64,000 nt of DNA from Planctomycetota bacterium (GTDB taxonomy: Bacteria; Planctomycetota; JAJSAM01; JAJVHW01): contig CBDFJG010000004.1 in NCBI GenBank assembly GCA_965248445.1, forward strand, positions 1,216,001 through 1,280,000. Reading direction: 5' to 3'. Shown piece after piece: positions 28,901 to 37,353 of the stretch; position 1 is the stretch's first letter; the number at the start of each line of letters is the position of its first letter. A model generated the notes under the pieces. It was not told where the DNA came from, did no database searches, and worked only from the letters and a program-made list of their open reading frames with translations. Made by a program: the position numbers and the translations under genes.

Positions 28901-29619
28901 GGACCGGCGACTACGGCGCGCTCCTCGACTTGGCCGAGAGGCTCGTCGCTCTCGCGCGAAGCACTGGAGACCTTCCGCAGGTCGCGGAGTCACTGAGCCG
29001 CTACGCCGGTGTCCTGCAGCGGCTCGGATACCGTGACAGGGCAACGGAGATGCGGACCGAGGCTCTCTCGCTGTTCCGGCACTGCCAGGACGCCGACGGA
29101 GAGGTGACCGAGCTGATCGCGATCGCCAACGCGGCTGAGGTGGAGAGCAGGATCGAGGACGCCGTGGTGGCATACGAGTCGGCCCTCTCCGCGGCGGTGG
29201 TCGCCGGACGGCAGCGCACGTACTGCGAGACGCTCCTGTTCTCGGGTTTCGTGCTGCGCCAGGCGGGACGACTGGAACTGGCGGATCAACGCGTGTCCTC
29301 GGCACTAACGATCGCCCGTGAACGCGGTTGGAGGGGTCTGGTCACCTACGCCCTCGCGGACCTCGCCACACGGCACTCGAAGTACGTTCCAGAGGCGCGG
29401 GCCGCGGCCGCAGCGAACCGCGAGTTGCTGTCGTCGACCGAGACCATCGATGTCAACTACGCGCTCTGGCTCGCCACCCGCGAACGCGAGTACCTGGTCG
29501 CGTCGCACGCCGAAGTCCTGCGGGTCATCGAACGCGCGCCGACGGAGGCGGCCCGGCGTGGGATTCGGGACATCCCGTTGCACCGGGACGTGCTCGCCGA
29601 CGCGGCTGCTCAGGCGTAA
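25924..29619 (+). CDS. Ser/Thr kinase - STAND-type AAA ATPase - TPR protein
   Basis: 'LGSGGMGAVY', 'VAIK', 'HRDVKPSN', 'DLG', 'APE'; Walker A GEAGVGKT; 'FVDDLH'; 'GGNPHF'; TPR-like helices. Confidence 0.9.
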   Translation: METRLTVALDEVVRALDRGESVSAGWLRENFADCWEAIVEALELQRTMRGQVPEVDSIGPYRVLRKLGSGGMGAVYLAQHRDAAGPAVVAIKVIRPDLQASSHALSRFLGEAELGARVDHPNVVRVLDSGIAECDQRHLSYLVMEYVEGQTLHELAAEVGPVGEELCRHIGRDVAAGLAAIHAEGAVHRDVKPSNVIIADDQTVKVMDLGASGFVEPAGRPSRPGRFVGSFLYAAPEQLVDAQGELCPTWDLFALGVLLEELITGRHPLEPRRGGRCPTVSAFLECLIRSLVAPDPRDRPASAQAVVTILDEGESGEWWRARAPSFVPTLGRGPPALSVSRDASVRGRDVELACLQAALADAVGGHPRVVLVEGEAGVGKTRLVDEFLHLAWSDDAAFDFVEVGHEYPGARSAEPWFEGFRELVGADADSAAVEGRLAVLPETASAVLRALRPDTAGGDRPESADAVEGVVRALARSLGTGRPAVVFVDDLHLASDRGRAALLSVVSELGDRSVLVVAATRACPPASWLETVRAVAHVDRLELRRLSQQDLRELLCDVFGSERIHGELFAQIADRSGGNPHFALEIVRSLREHGAVVCGADGATPTAAVPSPVDLPASVRELIDSRLGLLRDAERRVVSVAACVGSCFDGALVADALEEPRVSVLRSLSRLESAHRLLRAEGRAFEFDHAVVRECVYGSLPEGLRDAHHAALASTLIRRGRDGDAPEICRHLVHAGRPEEALGRLPAAVAWLEQRGARNQVAELVSSVLGVDGLLVGEARTVWLLRLADAHSWMADLEAERAVLRTARAELEQLSDVATLARLAVREARNLHRAGETRAARAAARAALRECRRLDDSVGVAECAGVLAAGALRRGRIPLGEARARQQLAAAREAASAENEVDALKALGTAMQSRSDYAAAMECARDALDIARARGLRSRAAQLTGNVGSALACQRRFGEAQDWIRRGARAARELGDRSAEIRMTGNLITLATWTGDYGALLDLAERLVALARSTGDLPQVAESLSRYAGVLQRLGYRDRATEMRTEALSLFRHCQDADGEVTELIAIANAAEVESRIEDAVVAYESALSAAVVAGRQRTYCETLLFSGFVLRQAGRLELADQRVSSALTIARERGWRGLVTYALADLATRHSKYVPEARAAAAANRELLSSTETIDVNYALWLATREREYLVASHAEVLRVIERAPTEAARRGIRDIPLHRDVLADAAAQA

Positions 29620-29648
29620 GGTCGCCGCGGCCCCGAGGAACGGTCGGA

Positions 29649-31187
29649 CTAGAACATCCGCTGCAGGATCGCGCGGTCGCCCTGGAGTGCGACGCGCTGC
29701 TGGTAGAGGCGTAGGCCGCGGTCCATGCCGAGTTCCTCGCCGCCGCCCGCGCGGCCGGGGCCGCCGTGCACCGACCCGGGCAGCACGGTGCCGCTGCCGA
29801 GAGTCTGGTCCGCGACCTTCGCGGAGCCGATGTAGAGCCGGCCGTGCCACGGGCCGAGTCCGACCACCAGTCGCTTGATCGCGTCCTTGTCGTCGGAATA
29901 GATGCTCGCGACGAGCGAGCCCATGCCCTTGCGGACGAGTTCGATGGCGTGGTCCACGTCGCGGGTCGGGATGATCGTGGCGACCGGCCCGAAGACCTCG
30001 TGGTCGTGGACCAGCGTCGCCGCGTCGGCGTCCCGCACGCGCAGGAGCGCCGGGGCGACGAGGTACGCCGCGTCGTGGTCGATGTCGGTGAACTCCTCAC
30101 CCGCGTAGACGACGTCGGCCTCCTCGGCGAGCTTCGCGATACCGGCGCGCACGTCACGCTGCTGCGCCGCCGTGGCGAGCGGACTGACGATGACCTCGCG
30201 CAAGCGCGGGTTGCCGGTCTTGACGGCGGACAGGCGCTCGACGAGCTCGGCCTGCACCGCGTCGGCCATCTCCTCCGGCACGAAGATCCGCCGCACGGCG
30301 GTGCACTTCTGGCCCGCCTTCTGCGTGATCTCGGTGATCACGTCCTTCAGGAACAGGTTCATGGTCTCGCTGCCCGGCGAGACGTCGGGGCCAAGCACAG
30401 CGGAGTTCAGGGAATCGGCCTCGACGTTCACGCGGACGCTGTTGCGCAGCAGGTTCTCGTTGCTGCGGAGCATGAAGCCCGTGGCTGCGGAACCCGTGAA
30501 AGCGAGTATGTCCTGCGGCCCCATGTTGTCGAGCAGGTCTGCCGTGCCGCCGCAGAGGATCTGCAGGGCGCCGTCGGGAAGGACGCTCTCCTCGACGAGG
30601 ATGCGCACCATCGCCTCGGTGACGAGCGCTGTCGCGGTCGCGGGCTTGGTGACGACGGGGACGCCGGCCAGCCAGGCGCAGGCGGCCTTCTCGGCCATGC
30701 CCCACGCGGGGAAGTTGAACGCGTTGATGTGCACGGCCACGCCTTCGCGCGGCACGAAGATGTGCTCGCCCCAGAAGCGCGGCGTGCGACCGAGCTGCTG
30801 CCCGTCGCCGTCCATGACCACCGTGACGTCGCCGAGCGACTTGCCGAGCGATGCGTACGCGGCAAGCGTGGCCGTCGCCCCGTCGAGGTCGAACTTCGCG
30901 TCCTTGCGCGTGTTACCGCCGTTCTGGATCGCGAGCTCGATGAGCTCTTCGCGCTTGGCGTGCAGCGCCTTGCTGGCCGCCTTGAGCATCGCGCCCCGCT
31001 CGGCGAACGTCATCTCTCGGAGCTTGGGGCCTCCGACAGTGCGCGCGTAATCGAGCACGGCCGGCATGTCGATGCCGGTTGTGTCGCACTGCGCGACGGC
31101 CTCGCCGGTGCACGGATTGTGGAGCGAGCGGGGGCTCCCCTCACCCTGCTTCCAAGCGCCGCAGACGTAGCTCTCGAGAGTTCGCAT
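29649..31187 (-). CDS. PaaZ/BoxD-type aldehyde dehydrogenase (no MaoC domain)
   Basis: 'HINAFNFPAWG', 'FTGSAATG', 'NVEADSLN', 'KAGQKCTA.RR', 'HGGPGRAGGGEELG'. Confidence 0.9.
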   Translation of the reverse strand: MRTLESYVCGAWKQGEGSPRSLHNPCTGEAVAQCDTTGIDMPAVLDYARTVGGPKLREMTFAERGAMLKAASKALHAKREELIELAIQNGGNTRKDAKFDLDGATATLAAYASLGKSLGDVTVVMDGDGQQLGRTPRFWGEHIFVPREGVAVHINAFNFPAWGMAEKAACAWLAGVPVVTKPATATALVTEAMVRILVEESVLPDGALQILCGGTADLLDNMGPQDILAFTGSAATGFMLRSNENLLRNSVRVNVEADSLNSAVLGPDVSPGSETMNLFLKDVITEITQKAGQKCTAVRRIFVPEEMADAVQAELVERLSAVKTGNPRLREVIVSPLATAAQQRDVRAGIAKLAEEADVVYAGEEFTDIDHDAAYLVAPALLRVRDADAATLVHDHEVFGPVATIIPTRDVDHAIELVRKGMGSLVASIYSDDKDAIKRLVVGLGPWHGRLYIGSAKVADQTLGSGTVLPGSVHGGPGRAGGGEELGMDRGLRLYQQRVALQGDRAILQRMF

Positions 31188-31520
31188 CAGATCCTCCGGT
31201 GGAACCGCGCAGGGTAGCGAACGGGGGCGGTGCGGTGTGACCTCTGCCGGGTCCCGCACGTCCTGGTGAGCGGCGCCCCTGAGTCTCCCCCACCGAGCGG
31301 GTCAAACCACCCACTCGTGTCTGCCGGTGCGTCCGTCACGTCGCCCGCGAGCCCGGGAGTTCACCCCCTTGGGAGGGTGGGGGTGAGCGAGGGTGCCGCA
31401 GCGCGGCACGAGGAGCGTCCTGCGGACGGTCCGAGACGAGCGAACGCGGAGCGGAGGCGGTTTGCCGTAGCGGAGTGGAACGCCGAAGCGGAGGGCATGT
31501 GGGTGGGGACGCGCAGCAGC

Positions 31521-32084
31521 TCAGGGGGTCTGGAAGACGCTCTCGCGCCAGTACCGCAGCTCCTCGATGCTCTCGCGGATGTCGGCCAGTGCGCGGTGGC
31601 CCTTCCCCTTGTCGGGGCGCTTGCGATAGGCGTCGGGATACCAACGGCGGGCGAGTTCCTTGACGGAGGACACGTCGATCGAGCGGTACGACAGGTAGCC
31701 CTCGAGCCGCGGCATCTGGCGGTCCAGGAAGCGCCGGTCCGTGCCGATGCTGTTGCCGCAGAGAGGGTGTACGCCGCTGCGCGGGCAGTGCTTCCGCACG
31801 AATGCGAGCGTCTGCTCTTCCGCTTCGGCGACCGAGATCCCCGACTCCCGGATCTGCCTCGTGAGCCCGCTCTTCTTGTGCATGTCGCGCACGATCTTGG
31901 GCATCTGCGCGAGCTGCTCGTCGGTCGCGTGGATGACCAGTTCCGGACCCTCGGCGAGGATCTCGAGCGCACCGTCGGTGACGATCGTCGCAATCTCGAC
32001 GATCACGTGCCGCTGCGTGTCGAGCCCGGTCATCTCGAGGTCGCACCACACCAGGCGGTGTGACTTCGGCTGTCGCTTTCCCAT
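31521..32084 (-). CDS. orn: Oligoribonuclease
   Basis: '[11 protein letters not shown]', '[13 protein letters not shown]', '[12 protein letters not shown]', '[13 protein letters not shown]'. Confidence 0.95.
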   Translation of the reverse strand: MGKRQPKSHRLVWCDLEMTGLDTQRHVIVEIATIVTDGALEILAEGPELVIHATDEQLAQMPKIVRDMHKKSGLTRQIRESGISVAEAEEQTLAFVRKHCPRSGVHPLCGNSIGTDRRFLDRQMPRLEGYLSYRSIDVSSVKELARRWYPDAYRKRPDKGKGHRALADIRESIEELRYWRESVFQTP

Positions 32085-32161
32085 TCGTGACTCCCGCCAG
32101 GGCACGACAGAGGGCGAGACGCCACGCGCCCCGCCCCCCATTGCGTTGTCCAGTGTGCCGT

Positions 32162-33481
32162 CTAGTACCGGTAGTCGTCGCGCTTGAAGGGACCGTTCTG
32201 CGGAATGCCCATGTACTCCGACTGCTCGGAAGTCAGCGTGGTGAGGTTGACACCCAGCTTGCCGAGGTGGAGCGTCGCCACCTTCTCGTCGAGGTGCTTG
32301 GGCAGCGTGTAGACCTCGAGTCCGTAGTTGTCGTGGTTCTCCCAGAGCTCGATCTGCGCCATCACCTGGTTTGTGAAGCTCGCGCTCATCACGAAGCTCG
32401 GGTGGCCGGTCGCGCAACCGAGGTTCATCAGGCGGCCCTCGGCCAGGATCGTGATGCGCCTGCCGTTCGGCCAGACGACCTGGTCGACCTGAGGCTTGAT
32501 GTTCACGCGCTCGAGCGCCGGATCGTCGAACACGCTCGCGACGTTGATCTCGTTGTCGAAGTGGCCGATGTTGCCGACGATCGCCTGGTCCTTCATCGCA
32601 TCCATGTGCTGGCGGTCGATGACGTTCAGGCAGCCCGTTGCCGTGATGAAGATGTCACCCACCGGCGCCATCGCGTCCATGGTCGAAACCTCGTGGCCCT
32701 CCATCGCCGCCTGCAGGGCGCAGATCGGGTCGATCTCGGTGATGACGATCCGAGCGCCGAGTCCCTTGAGCGACTGGACGCAGCCCTTGCCGACGTCGCC
32801 GTAGCCGCAGATCACCGCGACCTTGCCGGCCACCATCACGTCCGTGGCGCGTTTCAGTCCATCCACGAGCGACTCGCGGCAGCCGTACAGGTTGTCGAAC
32901 TTCGACTTCGTGACCGAGTCGTTGACGTTGATCGCCGGGACCTTCAACTCACCCTTCTCGACCATCTGGTGCAGGCGGTGCACGCCCGTCGTCGTCTCCT
33001 CGGACAAGCCCTTCACGTCGGCCAGCATCTCGGGGAACTCGTTGTGCATGCGCAGCGTCAGGTCGCCGCCGTCGTCGAGCAGGAGGTTCGGGCCCTGCCC
33101 GTTCGGCCAGCGGATCGTCTGGTCGACGCACCACCAGTACTCCTCTTCGGTTTCGCCCTTCCAGGCGAACACCGCGACGCCGGTCTTGGCGATCGCCGCG
33201 GCCGCGTGGTCCTGCGTGCTGAAGATGTTGCACGACGCCCAGCGGACCTCGGCGCCGAGCGCCGTCAGCGTCTCGATCAGCACGGCGGTCTGGATGGTCA
33301 TGTGCAGCGAGCCCGCGATGCGCGCGCCCGCGAGCGGCTTGCTGTCGCCGTACTCCGCGCGCAGCGCCATCAGGCCCGGCATCTCGGACTCGGCGATCGC
33401 GATCTCCTTGCGGCCGTACTCCCACTGGGAGATGTCCGCGACCTTGTAGTCATTGGCCGTCGTCGTGTCGGTGGCGCTCAC
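32162..33481 (-). CDS. ahcY: Adenosylhomocysteinase
   Basis: 'GSLHMTIQT', 'SCNIFSTQD', 'EETTTG', '[13 protein letters not shown]', 'GHPSFVMS'. Confidence 0.98.
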   Translation of the reverse strand: MSATDTTTANDYKVADISQWEYGRKEIAIAESEMPGLMALRAEYGDSKPLAGARIAGSLHMTIQTAVLIETLTALGAEVRWASCNIFSTQDHAAAAIAKTGVAVFAWKGETEEEYWWCVDQTIRWPNGQGPNLLLDDGGDLTLRMHNEFPEMLADVKGLSEETTTGVHRLHQMVEKGELKVPAINVNDSVTKSKFDNLYGCRESLVDGLKRATDVMVAGKVAVICGYGDVGKGCVQSLKGLGARIVITEIDPICALQAAMEGHEVSTMDAMAPVGDIFITATGCLNVIDRQHMDAMKDQAIVGNIGHFDNEINVASVFDDPALERVNIKPQVDQVVWPNGRRITILAEGRLMNLGCATGHPSFVMSASFTNQVMAQIELWENHDNYGLEVYTLPKHLDEKVATLHLGKLGVNLTTLTSEQSEYMGIPQNGPFKRDDYRY

Positions 33482-34506
33482 TTGTTCCTCCTCGGTGCGC
33501 TTCGCCCCCGCGGCCGTTCACCGACCACGTGGAGCGCTGTAAGTGTGTCAAGAGCGGCGCGACCTGCGGATGACAGGTCGTCTCTTCCGTTCGTACGAGA
33601 GGCCGGCGCGGGAAACTCCACGCGCCGCACGTTCGCAAGTCCGGCCCGCACGAACGCCTTCTGGAGTTCGTCCGGGTCGAAGCCCGCAAATCCGTTTCCG
33701 AGACGCCGTACGAGCGTCTCGTCGCCGTGGTGCTCGACGTCGCAGACCACGACCTGCCCCCCCGGACGCAGTGCGCGGCGGCAGCGGCGCAGCGCGGCGA
33801 CGGGGTCCTTGGTGTGTCCGAGGGCGAGGCAGAGCACGACGCGATCTGCCCAGCGGTCCGGCACGGGCAGTTCCTCGATCCGACCGCGTTCGACGCGCAC
33901 GTTGCCGAGTTGCTTCGCGCGCCGCTCGGCGCGCCGCGCCATGCGGGCGGAGCGTTCGACAGCGATGACCTCGCCGTCCTGACCGGCCAGCGCGGACAGC
34001 CACGGCAGAAGAACACCGGTGCCCGCACCCGCGTCCACGATGCGCAGTCCGCCCGGCACCAGCAGCGACGCGATCTCCGGGGGCGCGAGGCTTCCACCGA
34101 GCAGCCGGTCGCGGAGCGCGTCCCAATCGTCGGCCAGCGCGTCGAACAGCGCCTCGCGATCGCCCTCCCGCTCGGCGCGGACGAGTTCGAGTCGCGTCAG
34201 GTCCTCGGGGTGCTCGAGATCAGCTCCGCGAACCACGTCCATCACCGCGGTGACGAGCGGCGCGACGTCGCCGGGAGGCGCGCTCGCGAGACTCAGGTAC
34301 GAGCGGACTCCCTCGGCCCGCTCGACGACGAGTCCCGCCCGGCGGAGCACGGCCAGGTGGCGGGAAACCGAGCTCTGGGCGAGGTCCGTGATGCTCGCGA
34401 GCTCGCCGACCGAGAACTCGTCCCGGTCCAGCAGACGGAGCAGCCGGAGCCGGGACGGATCGGCCACGGCCTTCAGGGCGGTCAGCGGGCTGGCAACTGT
34501 ATTCAT
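33478..34506 (-). CDS. sahR: ArsR-family HTH plus SAM-binding methyltransferase-fold regulator (SahR-like)
   Basis: '[20 protein letters not shown]' plus 'VDAGAGTG'; translationally coupled to ahcY. Confidence 0.8.
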   Translation of the reverse strand: MNTVASPLTALKAVADPSRLRLLRLLDRDEFSVGELASITDLAQSSVSRHLAVLRRAGLVVERAEGVRSYLSLASAPPGDVAPLVTAVMDVVRGADLEHPEDLTRLELVRAEREGDREALFDALADDWDALRDRLLGGSLAPPEIASLLVPGGLRIVDAGAGTGVLLPWLSALAGQDGEVIAVERSARMARRAERRAKQLGNVRVERGRIEELPVPDRWADRVVLCLALGHTKDPVAALRRCRRALRPGGQVVVCDVEHHGDETLVRRLGNGFAGFDPDELQKAFVRAGLANVRRVEFPAPASRTNGRDDLSSAGRAALDTLTALHVVGERPRGRSAPRRNK

Positions 34507-34642
34507 GCGTCAATCCGGATGAAAGCATGGATTTGTATGACCAGCAACCCAATTCGGAGCGGAATGGCCCTGCGGCCAGGCTGGCCTCTCGCAGCGGGTA
34601 CCTTGGGGGCGAAGCGTTCGGGCAAGGCGGAGGACGAGACGG

Positions 34643-35653
34643 ATGCGAACGGCGCGTGCAGGCCTGCTGCTGGGGCTCCTGGCGATCTCGGCCTCCCCCG
34701 GCCACGCGGCGAGCGTGCCCGTGTCGCCCGGGGAGAACCTGCAGGCCGCCATCGACGCGGCGAGCGCCGGGGACGTCCTCGAACTCGGCGCCGGACGCTA
34801 CGACGGCGACATCGACTTCGGCGGCAAGGCGGTGACCGTCCGCGGCGTGGGGACCGAGACCGTGATCCGAGGCACCGGCGACGGCCCCGTCGTGACGTTC
34901 TCCTCCGGCGAAGGCACCGACAGCGTCCTCGACTCGGTCACCGTGACGGGCGGCGAGGCCGCCCGCGGCGGCGGCATCCTGATCGACGGTGCGAGTCCCA
35001 CCGTCCTTCGGTGCGCGATCGTCCGGAATCGCGCAGCCGCTCAGGGCAGCGGCATCCACGTCACCGGTGGATCGCTGGCCCGGATCTACAACAACCTGGT
35101 CTTCCGGTCGCGGCGCCGCGGCAACGCCGATCCGCACGGGATCGAGATCGTGGACGCCTCCCCCACCGTCGTGAACAACACGGTCGTCAAGGGAGACAGC
35201 AACGGACTCATCATTCGCGGCACGTCGTCGCCGCTGATCGCAAACAACGTCTTCGCGATCAACGGGAGCCGCGTCGGGCGCAAGCTGCGCGGGCGCGGGA
35301 TCTGCGACTTCAGCGGCGGCGCGGCCGTCATCCGGCACAACGTGTTCTTCAAGAACCGGAAGTCCGCGATCCTGCGCAGCGGCACGGATTCGAAGAAGAT
35401 CGCCCGCCTCGAGAACGAGCTCGCCGATCCCAATCTCGTAGGCAATACGGACGGCAACCCGCGTTACCACGGGACGCGGGGCCGCAAGGTGCGCTATCGC
35501 GACTTCACTCCGCGGGGCGCCCGAAGTCGCGCGCGCGACGCCGGCGACCCGGCCCCCGAGCACGAAGATCTCGACGGAACCCGCAATGACGCCGGATTCA
35601 CGGGCGGGCCGTACCCCCCCGGATCGACGGCGCTGCCCGGCAACGACTCGTAG
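34643..35653 (+). CDS. Secreted parallel beta-helix protein
   Basis: Signal peptide; 'LQAAIDAASAGD', 'IDFGGKAVTV', 'SPTVVNNT', 'DAGDP...DLDGTRNDAG..GGP'. Confidence 0.85.
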   Translation: MRTARAGLLLGLLAISASPGHAASVPVSPGENLQAAIDAASAGDVLELGAGRYDGDIDFGGKAVTVRGVGTETVIRGTGDGPVVTFSSGEGTDSVLDSVTVTGGEAARGGGILIDGASPTVLRCAIVRNRAAAQGSGIHVTGGSLARIYNNLVFRSRRRGNADPHGIEIVDASPTVVNNTVVKGDSNGLIIRGTSSPLIANNVFAINGSRVGRKLRGRGICDFSGGAAVIRHNVFFKNRKSAILRSGTDSKKIARLENELADPNLVGNTDGNPRYHGTRGRKVRYRDFTPRGARSRARDAGDPAPEHEDLDGTRNDAGFTGGPYPPGSTALPGNDS

Positions 35654-35740
35654 GGGCGGGGTTCCACCCGTGATGGAGCGCCGCGCCCAGCGGCGCGGCC
35701 GAACGCCCGCGACCCGAGTCCGCGTGTCGGCGGACCGGGG

Positions 35741-35767
35741 GCAAACGCCATGAACAATGGCGTTTGC
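35741..35767. terminator. Hairpin between convergent genes
   Basis: gcaaacgccat-gaaca-atggcgtttgc, perfect 11-bp stem; no long U tract. Confidence 0.5.
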
Positions 35768-35787
35768 AGCGGGAGCGCCCGCCCCTA

Positions 35788-37263
35788 CTAGGCGTCGCTG
35801 CGCATCAGCGGGAACAGCACCGTGTCGCGGAGGTTCGTCTGCCCGGTGAGCAACGCCACGATGCGGTCGACGCCCATACCCCAGCCGCTGGTGGGGGGCA
35901 TGCCGTACTCGAGGCAGATCAGGTAGTCGTCCTCGGTCGGCAGCGCCTCGTCGTCACCGGCGGCACGGTGGGCCGCCTGTTCCTCGAAGCGCGCCCGCTG
36001 GTCGTCCGGATCGACGAGTTCGCTGTACGCGTTCACGACCTCCCAGCCGTTCACGAGCAGTTGGAAGCGGTCCGTGATCCCGGGGTCGGCGTCGTTGCGG
36101 CGGGCCAGCGGCGAGAGTTCGATCGGATGCCCGACCACGAAGATCGGCCCGAGCAGATCCGGACGCACGGTCTTCTTGTAGATGAAGTCGACGAGCGTCG
36201 GATAGGCCATCTTGTCGAGTGCGTCGTCGTGGAACCCGCGCTCGCGGCACCACGCGCGCAGCGCGACGGGATCACGGACTTCGAGCACGTCGATGCCCGC
36301 GCGTTCGCGGATCAGGTCGGTCATGCGCACGGCCGGCCAGTCACCGGCCAGGTCCACGGTGCGTTCCGCGCCGTCGGATCCCTCGCACGTGAACGTGAGC
36401 TTGCCCGTTGTCTCCTGCACGACCGACTGGAGCAGTTCCTGCGTGAACCGCATGTTCTCCTCGTAGCTCCAGTACGCGACGTAGTACTCGAGCATCGTGA
36501 AGTCCTGCAGGTGCGATGGGTCCATGCCCTCGTTGCGGAAGCAGCGCGCGAACTCGTACACGCGCTCGTATCCACCTACCACGAGCCGCTTCAGATACGT
36601 CTCGGGCGCGATGCGCAAGACTACGTCCATGTCCAGCGCGTTGTGATGGGACACGAACGGCCGCGCGAGCGCCCCGGACGCCTTCGTCTGGAGGATCGGT
36701 GTCTCGACCTCCTCGAATTCGCGCGCGTCGAGGTAGTCGCGGATCGACTTGGTGAACCGTGCCCGAAAGCGAAAGCGCTCCCGCGTCTCGTCGTTCGTCA
36801 AGAGGTCGAGGTACCGCTGCCGGTAACACGTCTCGCGGTCCTGCACCCCCGCCCACTTCTCCGGCATCGGACGCAGCGCCTTCGAGAGGATCTGCGCGTG
36901 TTCCGCGTCGACGGTGGGCTCGCCGGTGCGCGTCACCCACGTCCGGCCGCTCACGCCCAGGAAGTCGCCGACGTCCAGGGTCCGCCGCAGCACGCGGAGT
37001 TCCTCGCTGTCGAGCGTGTCCTTGCGCAGGGCGATTTGCATGCGGCCGGTGCGGTCCTGCAGCGTCAGGAAGATCATCTTCTTCGAGATCTGGCGCTTCA
37101 GGACGACCCGCCCGGCGACGGACACACCGGCGGTCTCCTCAGGGAGTTCACGTGCATCGGCCAGCCCGTGCGTGCGCTCCCAGCGGTCGGGATAGGGGTT
37201 CTTGCCCTCCTCACGAAGGAGGTCGCGCTTGTTGCGGCGTGCGGCGATCTGGTCCTCGGCCAT
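35788..37263 (-). CDS. lysS: Lysine--tRNA ligase (class II)
   Basis: 'YRQRYLDL', 'EVETP', 'LRIAPE.YLKRL..GG', 'FRNEG', 'YGMPPTSG.G.G.DR'. Confidence 0.97.
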   Translation of the reverse strand: MAEDQIAARRNKRDLLREEGKNPYPDRWERTHGLADARELPEETAGVSVAGRVVLKRQISKKMIFLTLQDRTGRMQIALRKDTLDSEELRVLRRTLDVGDFLGVSGRTWVTRTGEPTVDAEHAQILSKALRPMPEKWAGVQDRETCYRQRYLDLLTNDETRERFRFRARFTKSIRDYLDAREFEEVETPILQTKASGALARPFVSHHNALDMDVVLRIAPETYLKRLVVGGYERVYEFARCFRNEGMDPSHLQDFTMLEYYVAYWSYEENMRFTQELLQSVVQETTGKLTFTCEGSDGAERTVDLAGDWPAVRMTDLIRERAGIDVLEVRDPVALRAWCRERGFHDDALDKMAYPTLVDFIYKKTVRPDLLGPIFVVGHPIELSPLARRNDADPGITDRFQLLVNGWEVVNAYSELVDPDDQRARFEEQAAHRAAGDDEALPTEDDYLICLEYGMPPTSGWGMGVDRIVALLTGQTNLRDTVLFPLMRSDA

Positions 37264-37353
37264 GGGGCGCCATTCAAGCACTACGGCGGGGCACCGGCGA
37301 ACGCTACCCGAGGACACCGCTACCCAAAGACAGGGGGAGCGGCAGTGCGCGGG

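Noticed and set aside
31409..31430. GAGGAGCG..TGC resembling an SAH riboswitch near ahcY
   Set aside because: Wrong strand and downstream of ahcY; the rest of the consensus is absent
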